Positions 14,101-26,100 of a DNA stretch of 64,000 bases are shown here, one piece after another. Made by a program: the position numbers and the translations under genes. The stretch is from assembly GCA_000934665.2 (NCBI GenBank), contig KZ538529.1, positions 1 to 64,000 of the forward strand. The letters run 5' to 3'. Position 1 is the stretch's first letter. Each line of letters starts with the position of its first letter. This stretch comes from Catajapyx aquilonaris. Lineage: Eukaryota. Under the pieces are notes generated by a model. That model was not told where the DNA came from. It made no database searches and saw only the letters and a program-made list of their open reading frames with translations.

Positions 14101-17100
14101 CACACTGAAGGATATTCCTGGCTTTTTGGGACAGCCCTGTTGCATCTCCAGGGGAAGGTAGTTACGACCATTCACAAAGAGACTGTCCTCATGGGATCGA
14201 AAGTACATCGGAGGAATTCTGGGCTCAGAAGGAAACTCCTTCATCTCAAAATTTGTAGTCTTGGACATCACCAGGCCCATTGCCAAATCACACACGGACC
14301 AGAGTTTCTATTTGGCGAAAGACAAAAAAAACAACAAAGGTTAGATACAACAACTACTAATCAAGAGGTCAATTTTCTTTCCTTCTGACATGCAGGATAT
14401 AGAAATGGTGTCTTTGTCAATAGGTGCTGTTACATTCAGAGACAGACACAATCAAGCCATGGCCACAATGAAGTGAACGTTCAACTGACCATAGTTCAAA
14501 GCCAGCCAGCTCCTGGCCAGAGTTGTGCCTATGTCATCATGACCCAAGAGCTTATAATTGCATCAAGAGAGGAAAAAACGGTTTCCAAGTGTCGCCACTT
14601 TTTCAGCCAACGCAGTTGGTTGTTGTCCCACTACGCGGCACTACTGTCGTGCGGAATTTCAATAAAAGATGTTTTTTTAAATCCAAGATGCCCATAATTA
14701 AGAGTTATAAATCTTAAAACTAACATATGTGAGGTCGTATGCGGTTAAGACACTAATTTTTGGACCCGAAACTGACATTCGGCGCAGCTGGCCAACCTGT
14801 CCGTCCTCCGGCCGATGGAGGCGAGTTTCTTCGCCGGCATTATGGCGGGGCCTAGCCGGCAGCGGGCTGGATCACATTTTTTGCGTTCTCAAAGGAGCCA
14901 CAGGTTTTTACTGACTCGTGCCGACTCTCAGGAAGACATGACTTGCTTGTGACCACTGAGGGTGGAACCGGGGTGGACCTTCCTATCGACGCTATAGCCT
15001 CTGTGAGCTGCACTTCCCACCTCAAGGCTCAAGCAATCAAGTTTTATGCTCGTAATAATTAATAATGCATATGTATGTAAAACATGTAATATATGTGATA
15101 TTTTTCCTCTACACACGTGATTTGTCTTCATTTTTTTTTAAACGGCGGGTATACTATTAGGTATGACTTATTTCCAACCACTGGGGTTTTTATTGCCATA
15201 TTTCCGGCACTGCTTCGATTTACGGCATTGTACAATACAGTCTCGAGTTTGGCTGTGACTCCGCCAGATGGTAGGTCAGTCGATTGGAGACACCGCTGCT
15301 ATGCTACCAGCTCGTTTTTCCCTATCTTGATGCAATTATAGCCTCTTTGATCATGACCATGTCTCAAGCATATTTGTCCCCCTAGTACCGCTAATGGCAC
15401 CTGGCTGCCAGTACATTCCCAGGCCCGAAACACTTGTAAAATGTAGGGTAAGATCTGTCAAGGCACCAACTGGTAGTGATGTATGCAATGAAAAGGGGTT
15501 AGTTAGTGCCCCACAACCCACACTGCAGCTTATCCCAGAATTCATATCTAGGTTTTCCAGTCTAGGGAGGGTCGGTGCAGTAGTTATCAATGATTTCACT
15601 GGGCAACAAAAAAAGAGTTTTTTTCGGTTGCCTGAGATTTTCAACTGATTCTAAGTATTTATTCAACGCTGATTTCAAATCTGAAATCGGTTTTCCTCTA
15701 CATGCTCTTGTCTTCATGCAATTTGAAACTTGTGATTTTCGGGAGAAAAAAAAAGGACACCCATTACTATTTACACTGAGGATAGCTTTAGAATTATTAG
15801 ACTTACAGATACTATATCAAGCTCGGCTTGATGAAACAGTTCGTAAAGGCATTGAGTACTGATGGTGAATGTTTTCAAGCATCACAATATGCATTACAGT
15901 TTGAAAAAAGTAAAAATATCGAAAAATAATGTCCCAATTTTAAAACCCTATCAGTCGAAAACTTGTAGACATATAATTATGAATGATTTAAGTTTTGAAA
16001 TGTTAAGAAATGTCTAAAGTTTTGTTCTCACCTTAGTTAGTTTCGATATGAGCTTCATTTGTCGCTCGAGAAATAAAAAAGACGGCATTCAGTCTCGAGC
16101 CAAACCCGCCCAATTGTATCTGGAGATACTGCTGTGATCCTAACCCATAGGTGCTGAAGGTGATTGGCACCACAAACATTGTCCTTGACGATGCACATGA
16201 AAAGTAGCCTCATACAAACAAACCTTCCGTAGGGAAGTTTCATTTGTTCAGCCTCCCAGTGTGCGAAGTCTTTTATAAGAAGTTTCACTATGCCTATCCC
16301 CTCCAGAAGCCCAAATCTTACCCCAATTGACATTTTTGTGGAAAACATGTATGGTGAAAAGATCCAGTATCTATATCTGAGCTGGTTAAGCATGACACCA
16401 ATTACCATATTTACATTTCCCGATCGACAAATGGAGCTCATATCAAAACAAACTAATGTGAGACCAAAACATTAGACATTTCTAGGCATTGCAAAACTTA
16501 AATCATTAAGATATGTATACAAGTTTTCGAGTTATTGAATTTTAAATTTGAGACATTCTTTTTCGATATTTTTTAAACTTTTTTCAAACTTTAATGCATA
16601 TTGTGATGCACCTATGACTTTTTGTGTATATTAAATGAATGTATCTTTACCAAGAGGGTTGTTTAAGGCTAATTTTAAGACTGTATGACCATAAATTCTT
16701 CAGCGAGATCATGTCATAATGCGACATGTGCCAAAATGTCTCAAAATCTAAAATTTTGAATTGTAGAAAATCTAGAGCTTACAAAGAAAAACTAACATCA
16801 GATTCGAATTCAGCACAAGCAAATTAGGGAAGAACAAGCGCTGGTATTAATTCAACAAAAAATTTGTTGCCCAGTGTTTTCATTTCACTGTCTAAAAACA
16901 ATTCTTTTCATGTTGAGGGATCATCTGGAGGGTTACGAAGTTTAAGAGTCGATTTTCTGGGGTCGCCAACGAAAAGGATCGGGAAGAACTGATCTATAAG
17001 GAGGGGAACTATCCTTGTGAGATAATACAAAAACAAGAGGGGGCATGCAAACATGTCCCACATGTTTCAGGTAATTTTCTCTTTCCAGACCAGAAAACTC

Positions 17101-20100
17101 TCTCTGAGGTCATGAAACTAGGCATCAAATTTCTTTCCATTGAACTGCATCTAGTCAGCTAATATCTATGATAAAGTTCTCCTAAAGTAAAAGCAAGGAG
17201 CTTAGTGACCAAAAAACTGCTAACCACTACAGGCATTTCAAGAGAAAAACCCTGTATCATTACTAGTTGGTGCCTCAACCAATCCCTACGTTTGCCACTT
17301 TTTTGTGCCAAGGAAACCACTCGGGACCAGATTATACTGAAGTAAAATATCCGTATGGTTCATACAGGGAATATGAAAATGACAACAAATAGGTATGATT
17401 CCATAGGTTCAAAAATATCTAACCATGTTCATTGCCTCATCTTCACTCCTAAGGGCATCCTTATGGTGCTTCATTCTCTCGATAAGTGCCTTGTAAAAGC
17501 CAAAGCAGTAGTTCTCGTTTTTAGTCATTAATGGCTCAAGGATGAACCAGAGACACTGCCGCATCTTCTTCAAATGGTCCACATCATCATACTGTGTGTA
17601 GTCAGGGTCATGGGCCAGAATTGGGACGGCAAACACCAGCATGTAGTCTGGCATTATGTGAGGAAGCTGATCTTGGGCCTTGTCAGCTGTTAAAAATATA
17701 ACTGGTTAAAAACACCTATTCCCATACAATACGGTATGTGTGTTGTGGCTTAAAAGTTCAGTGAATGTTAAGATATTTCGAATTCAAAGCATGTGATGAG
17801 TTTCAGCATGTGCATGGACTGCAAGTTGCACTGCCGTTGCAGTCATTAGAGTGCAGTCGAGTGGTCGTGTCAAACAGCAATGGAGCAAAAACACAACATT
17901 AAATTCTGCTTCAAATCGGGGTAGACCAGCTGCATACACATTTTTGTGGTCAGTGTCCTTCCCAATTCTGGCATGTGTTGCATTCAAGATATCCGAACAT
18001 TCACCGAACTTTATAGCCACACCATGCAGTCCCTGTACATTGATCCCTTAAAACTGAACTCTTGTCAAGTAGTCCAGTAGTCAAAAAATAAAGAGGATGT
18101 TATAAGATTGACACTTCCCTGTGCATTAAGCTCCTTATGAATAACTAAAACCTGTCTTCTCGATTCTGGTAATTTCAGCTTCATAATGAAACTAATCAAT
18201 TTACAAGTAAATTTTTATCCTATGCATTGGTAGTGGGTCACCCCGTAGGTCAGAGGACCCATGCACATCACGACATTTCTTATAAGAGGTAGCCAGTAGA
18301 GAACCTCCATGGAGAGAGTTGCCAACCTCTGATGTTCTCCCTACTGGCAAAAATGGAGGCCTGCACATGGCCTGTAACTACTCCCAGCCAATCCTAGATG
18401 ACCATGTTGTCAGAGGAGGCTCTAAGTCAGCAATGATGAAAGAGATGGAAAGCTCACCCCAATTATGAACTTAAAAATTACACACATTAAATGCCATAAA
18501 TTGTAATAAATCATTTAATCAAACAGTAGGAAAACTCACAATATTAAAATCTCATCATGACATACATAACCTATCACCAGATATGAGAATGTACTATGGC
18601 TCCCAATACCCTACTGGGACGTGCTTCAATATAAAAACACTGTTCACGTATCACTAACAGAATGTCAAGTAACACTTACAGCCCATGGTCATGAGCAGAT
18701 TTTTGATGTACTCCCTCCTTTTCTGAATATCTTGTGCCATGTATCCTTTGACTAGATTTTTTATCCGTTTGTCTGCCTCACACCCTGAGTAGGCATAGAA
18801 ACCCATGAAGTCTAGGGGCAGGCACTTGTGGGGGATTCCGCGTCCGAGTCCCTTGTGCAACTTGTTGGCAAACTGCTCCCGAACGCTGGGTTGCTCATCC
18901 TAAAACAACCCCAAATTGGCATCAAGATGCTTTCATTCACTGAACGAGAAAGAAGGGTAGTGCTACTAACCACCATGAGGAGGGAAATGTTGTAAAATTG
19001 TTCTGCTGTAAATTGGTCACCCACACCTTTCTGCTCACATATCTTCAGCATGCAACAGCCAGCAGAGAGACGCAACCAGGCCATCTCTGCTTTGCTGCAA
19101 GAAGAAACATACAAACTTATCTTCTATTCTCATAATCACTATCCATCGTGGCCTGCTGAAATTAAGTCCAGTACATGGCTGGTTCACTGTGTGGCAAGTG
19201 GGGTTGGTTGGCAGGGTAGGGGTGACGACATGTTGGCAACTTCGCAAACTACAGATCGCCAAAAGATGAATTGCTACCCATCACGTGAACCAATCAGGTA
19301 TGTTCCTGAGACTGCAATGCTTTGGCACTACATGAAAATCGGCCTACCTGGGCAGCATAATCACATAAGAAATACTCCTATACAGTATTTTGCCATTGGA
19401 TTAAATTTTTCCAGTAAATGCCAATGTGTTGAGGACTGGAAAAAATTCTGCACATATAGGATCCTCCTAAAAGGGGTTTGAAAGCTATAAGAAAAAGGAG
19501 CCCCAACAGCAGTGCTCTGCTAGTATGATAAAATTCCATGAAATTGGGAGAGGTGGGTGGTGACATCAGGTAACCAGCCACATGCTATAATTTCTTTCAA
19601 AAGGCCATTCTCCTCATTGTCACTCTACCTAAGGGTTCCTTCCTCCAACAGATCACCCCGGTGAACTACAAAGGCATTGAGCATTCGAAAGGTTTTTTGG
19701 GCTGAAATCTCATCCGTCTTCAGGCCCAGTAGCCAGCGAGCCATCATCTTCATCCCTTCAATCTGTTGGTAGTAGTACAATAACATTGCATAACAAAGAT
19801 GTGCTACACTGAAATGATCTAATCCCAGAGTAAAAATTGACATGGTCAGATGTGGAACTTTGGACTAGTGTAAATTAACCAGCATGGATTTGAGTCAAGG
19901 GCATGCAATAACCATGCACGTGAATCTGAATTTACCTTGCACCTGGTTTCCTCTGGCAAGTCATCCTCAGAACACCAGTCATCAATTGGGCAAGCATTCC
20001 GGTCCCCTTGGTTCTTCATGAGAAGTTCTCTCACCACCTTAGAACCAAGAATAAGTATTTCACACCAACTGCAGAACGGTATTAACGCAATATGTTACCA

Positions 20101-23100
20101 AAGGGACATAATGAGGCCATACCTTACGCGAGATAATATTCTTAATTTGTATGGGAAATTTGTCTGGAAGGTTGTAGGCTATGTGGCCCAGCGACACAAT
20201 AGCTGTTCGGAAGTAAGGAGAGCCAGGTGTCATGTTCTCCTTTAATTTCTGCAAAACACACATGATACAATGTACACAACTTTGTCCAACTGAATTAGTT
20301 CCAAGAGGTGTATTTTGGTACGTTGTGAATAAATTTTCCATCAACTGACCTCGAGTATGTCACAGAACACGGCATCTTGATTCTCAGTGGCATTGACAAA
20401 GAGGCACCTGACTGCCTGCTTTGCTTGCTTTGATGTCCCATGCTCCGCAAACTTCTGGCAGCTAGGAATCAGTATGCTGGCGACCTCAGGGAAGTTGTCA
20501 GCTGTTTTGTTTTTGCCAATAAGATGGAAGCACAAAATTAATATGATGCACAATTGATAAAACCAAATGTTCTTTCTCATGCAACTTTGAATAGCTGCTC
20601 CTAATTATGAAACTACCCAGGAACTTCTGAATTGACAAAAATAGGAAAAAAAACCTGGCTTGAATAGTTATAATTTCTTTAAATAAATACTTGCTACTTG
20701 ATATTATTTCCATAATGATCCATTTTGAATATTTTATTCATGCGTTCATGAGTTATATGCGAGCAGAAACCGAAAATCCTTTCCTTAAAAGCGGATATTT
20801 TTAACATGAGTTTATATGGGGCCTCTGACGGTCACAAATTTTCTTTCGTTATAAGCTGATTTTCGTTATATCCGGATTCGTTATAGAGGGATTCGACTGT
20901 ATATGGTAATGGGGAATTTTTTTGTCATCTACAAAATTTTCTTAGGAATTCTGTCCTTATTGAAATCTTGAACTGAAGTGTGGCAATCAAAAATCGATTT
21001 CATCCAAGAGCAAATGAGACATACACATTAGTTTCCCTGAGCTTCGAAATACGCAACACTGATACTTGCATGTGCATCAAACTCCCACAAGTGGTAGGCA
21101 TGGCAAAATAATGAACACTCCACAAAGAATAGTACAGATAACCTGAATGAGTATCAAGCTTCGAAGGATAGTTGAATACCACTCACCACAAACTGAGTTT
21201 ATAACATAAGTAGTGCTTGACTTCCAAGAAATCTCAGAACGTAAAAGGTGCAATGCATTTTGATTACTTTGTATATGCAGCTCTCCTGCCTTTTCTGTAC
21301 ATCAAGCGTAAAACAATAGTTAAGTTGAACAATGCCGTATGGTCTGATATATGGAGATCTAATGTGAGCAAAACAGAGACCCTACACTTCGCTCACCAGA
21401 TGATGGAAACAGTACAGGGTGTCCAAATGAACCTCCCTAGTTTCAACTTGCTACCATTTCGCAAGTTACTGGACGATGGTGTCGAAATTGTACACATGCA
21501 AAGGTACACTTGTCAAGTTTATGTAAAAAAAATCAGTAGCCTTCCACGTGTGCTCCTTTAGTAGCAATTACTATTTTAAGCCGATAATCTCCCTCCTCCG
21601 AGGTTCTCTACGTCATGTCAGGGGTGATGGAGGACACATCATTATTTGCGCTGACCACTTTAGTTGCATATTCTCTGTCTTGGAGTTGTGGAAAGTCGAA
21701 ATTTTAAGCATGTCCAGCACTTCTGTGATCGACTTAAGCTTGGCTAACCACCACACAACTTGTGTTTTTCCCTCTGTCGATACTATGCTTGCATCTTCCA
21801 ACAGCATCCCCCACAGGAGCACCACTGCATCACATCTAGACCATTCCAAAAATTCAGTATGAAACTTTTTGAGACTCCAGACTGTTTAAACAACGAAAAC
21901 CTTAAATATCTCTGCATTTCTATTTTTTTACTGCTCTTTGAAAGTAGGGAGGTTCATTGTGGACACCCTGTATAGTCAATCCTTGCCACTCGAATGAGTC
22001 GTGTTCGCTCATTTGTGCTAGAGAAGTGGAACCCATTTTTTTGCCATTCCTGGACACCTCGCAGGTATTTGTATGCACAGGAAACAAGAAAAAAAAGCAC
22101 AATATCTGCCTTCTCATAATAATACAATCAACTGACCTATGGGCTTGTATTTCCCAATGAATGTGAGCACTGAGAGCACCAGGGGTGCAACCCCTTCCTC
22201 CTCAATGCTAAGGAAGGCCAGCAGATGGTTCAGGATTCTCTCATGCAGGAAGTGAGAGGGAAACACAAAGCTGAGCACATATAGCAGCTTGAGAGCTCGC
22301 TCCTGTGCAGTGATTGGATTCAGCCCCACTTCCTGCACTAAGTCACCCCCCTTCAGGCACTCCTCCACGTATTTCACCAGGATGCGTATTGCCTCCCGGT
22401 CCACCATAACGGAAGACACCCTTTCCAGCAACATCTTGATTGTGTTGTAGTATAGGTTGGTCATGACAGGTTGGCCCAGCTTTTTAAGGACCTGGGTGAC
22501 AGCCTGCTCACAGTCACGACAGCTGATATCCGGATTTACTACCATCTCCATCATATGTAAGAGGGTCTCATCTTGTGTGAGGTGGTGGCTGAACTTACGA
22601 AGAAATTCTTGGGCCTTCACCGCATCTGGGAGGAACTTGGCTAGGTGGTTAATACGGCAGGTCATTTCTTTGTCACGGTCATCGTCAACAGGTCGGCGAT
22701 GCAGATCAATCAACTCCGCCACACTCTTCCGAACCCTGAAACAGGATCGGGCACAAATTGATTCACTTGGAATAAAACCATGAAGTAGTTATAAACTAGG
22801 GCCATGTGGGACCTGAACAAAGGAATCTTCCAACTTTCAATCAGAGGTCATCTTGAGATAGCACAACAAACCTCAGAATGAATAACTGGCATCTGTTAAG
22901 AAACAAGTCGTTTGAGTTACCGTCAACGGGGTGAACTTGGTCTGAAATGTCCATTTTACGACGATATAAGTGTGAAGATATTAACCCACAACCACGCTGG
23001 CCAAAAGGGCGAGTACAAAGAAATTTTTTCTGTGCACAATGGTGCGTAGGAAAATTTATGACGTCATGGCCAAGTCCACCCCAACTGGTGGGGATGGACT

Positions 23101-26100
23101 TGGCCATCTAATTTTCCCATTACAAATGCACTGTGGGAAATGAGTTCCGTTAGGAATTTTTTAATGTGTTTTTAAGGAATAATATTCATAAGCTGTATCA
23201 CCACTGGAAAGGTTCACCTTCATCTCTTAAAAATGGACAATACTATTGCTTCTCAATTTCTTGATTTGCAAATAAAGTTTGCACACTATGAAAATTTGGT
23301 GGTTTCATGGGGTGGACTTTAACATTTATATCCTTGCTCACCTATGGCAGCACGGGTGAATTTTTTGGTCTACAACATGGTAAGCACTGCGGTAATGGCA
23401 TGATGTGATTGAAAGTCTCATTTTTATAACACGTGTCACCTTAAATATTTATTAATGACATTTTTGGAATTGTGGCCAAGTTCACCCTGGCGGCCAACAT
23501 CACCCTGTTTGATGGTACTGTACTTTACCATTAATACATGTACAGCTGGGGAAATGAGCCCTGGAGCCAAAGGGGTTAAATAGCTGTGAATAAACTGTAC
23601 CAGATGCAGCCAGGACAGATCCAGGGCCAGAAGTTAGGTAACAATACTTATTGATATCCACTAATTATCATGGTACTCAACTAGGTAGTAATGATGAATA
23701 AAACCCATTGTAACTGAGTGGTTAGTTGATAGAAACAATTTACCTGTTCATCTTGTGATCAACAGATGAAAGGTGTGTAATATTAACAGCATCATTTCCT
23801 CATATTACTGCCCATTGCCTAACCAGATAAGGTAAAAACAAGTGACTCACGCCAGCTGATGTTTCTGTAGTTCTATGAAAGCTTTGCTCGCATTGTCATC
23901 AATACTGCCAAATAGGTACAGAAGCTTCTTCATTCTCTCTTCTGCTGGAAGTTGGTAGGGGACCAGGGAGGTGTTTAAGAGACGTTCAACCAGAAGCCTA
24001 CAAAGAATTTTTCTGTTTAAATCTCCTCCTTAATAATAGTGGGACACTACCGGATAAAATAAGTGAAGTTATTTATCATATTCTTTTTTAAACCTGTACC
24101 GGTCATCAATGTTGTTCATATAGTATCCATGCAGGATCTTGTCCTTTATCCAGGTCACAGCTTTTTTGGTAGCATCTGGGACATCTGGATCACTCAGGTG
24201 TTTTTTGTAGATCATGGCCAAGCCACACATTGCTTCCTTCCGGATCTTGAACTGAGAGGGAAGAAAGTGGTCCATATGCAATCAGATTCTCAAAAAAATA
24301 AAACTCTGTTTTAATTCTGGGTTTTAAAATGCCAACATGATATTATCCCTTAAGTGCAAAAAACCACAATGAAAAAACCTACCTTCTTGTCAAGGGTCCT
24401 CTCCTTGACAAAGTTGAGCAAGTCCTCAGAGTCAGACACAATGGAAAAGTCCTTGCGTGCAGTGGACACAATTGCCATAACAACCTCATATCGGACACTC
24501 TCCTCACTATCATGCTGCCTCAACTTCAGGGTCTCAGTAATGTCCCTCCTGAGTTCAGGGTGGTTCATAAGGAAGTGCATTGAATACTGCACACATTTTG
24601 TTCGGATGGTCACACTAATGTCATTGAAACGCCCAAGGAAGGCCTGCCATAGCTGACGGTGATGAATAGCCAAAGTCGAGTCCTTCTCAGAGAACATGCG
24701 GGCTAGAAGAGACACTGATCCCATTCTTTCATGCTCATCTGTGCTCTTCAGCTTGAATTCCAGTTGCGGAAGGACTGCTAACAAAACTGAAGGGCAGATG
24801 TGGTTGAGTTCATATATTAGATCATACACCTTCTTTGAGATGTTCAGCTTTTGTTCTTCCTTTCCCAGGATCAGCGCTTGGTTGAAGAACTGGGGGAAAA
24901 GAGAATATATATCATATCATTCCAACCAAGATTTTCATTTTGCGTTTTAAATCCCCTCATTTTAAAGACGGCAATCACTCAGATTTAACAGCCATCACCA
25001 AAAAAGCAGTTCATTCCCAGCATGAAGTAAGTACAGCCACCAACGAACCGTTTATCCCATGTGGGTTGGTTTACATGTGTGGAAGTAGTTCAGACTGAAT
25101 TATTAATGCAGTGGTTTCTAACCTTTTACCAACTGCGACCGCCTAAACATGTTTCCATAAATGTGCGACTCCCCTAGCCTCTTCTACAACTGATGCCCCC
25201 TTTCCAGAAAACATACACTCTGTACGGCCGCAAAAATGGTCCAATTTACACAGAAATTGCAACAAAACTGTTGAACCAAGGCTCGCGACCCCCCCGCAAA
25301 CGTGCCCTCCACCACCGGTTGGAAACCACTGTATTAATGTATTATACAGTATTTATGTTGAACTTGATATTTTTCAACATACGCACAAGTGATTGATAGT
25401 GGAGGAATAATTATTATAATTTATCATTACGGGGAGCCTTAGGAGCCCATACACAAGTACTGATTGCTGTTAAGTCAGGTCATTCATAAACTGGGGACTT
25501 CCTGTAACATATCACAATAGCATGCCTAACACTTATGGGGGCACGGTGGTTAGTGGCTATGCTTCTGGCCAGCCAAGCGGGAGGTCCGGGGTTCAAATCC
25601 CGTCACCTACCCTTGGTCGGGTCTTTTTCTGCTTTTCACCCGTCGTGTCCTCTGCCCAGGGCCAAGAGAAAAGGTCTGGTATTTAAGAGGGTCCGAAATT
25701 ATTAGAAACTATTTAAGAGTGCTCTCCCTTGGGAACCTCCCCCCCNCCCTCAATCACAGGGTAACAAAAAAAAATACATAACACTTCAGTTTAAATCAAT
25801 TAGGAGCCCAAATATACTCACAGCTTGTATGTATGGCTCCAGAGTGTCACTGCACTTGACGACAAGCTCTTTGGCCAGGAGGTAAGCATTCTTTCTCTGG
25901 GACTTGTTGGGCTCAACCACATTGATGAGAATTGTGTCCAAAAGCTCATTCGAAACTGTGTCAGACTCAGTCACCAATGGGCACAGTACATCCAGCATGA
26001 AACTTTTTACTTTGCCAGAGTGCTCATCACTAAAACAAATAACGTACTTATAAATAACATCCTCCTTCCTATGACACAGCAAAATCATTTCCAGCACACA

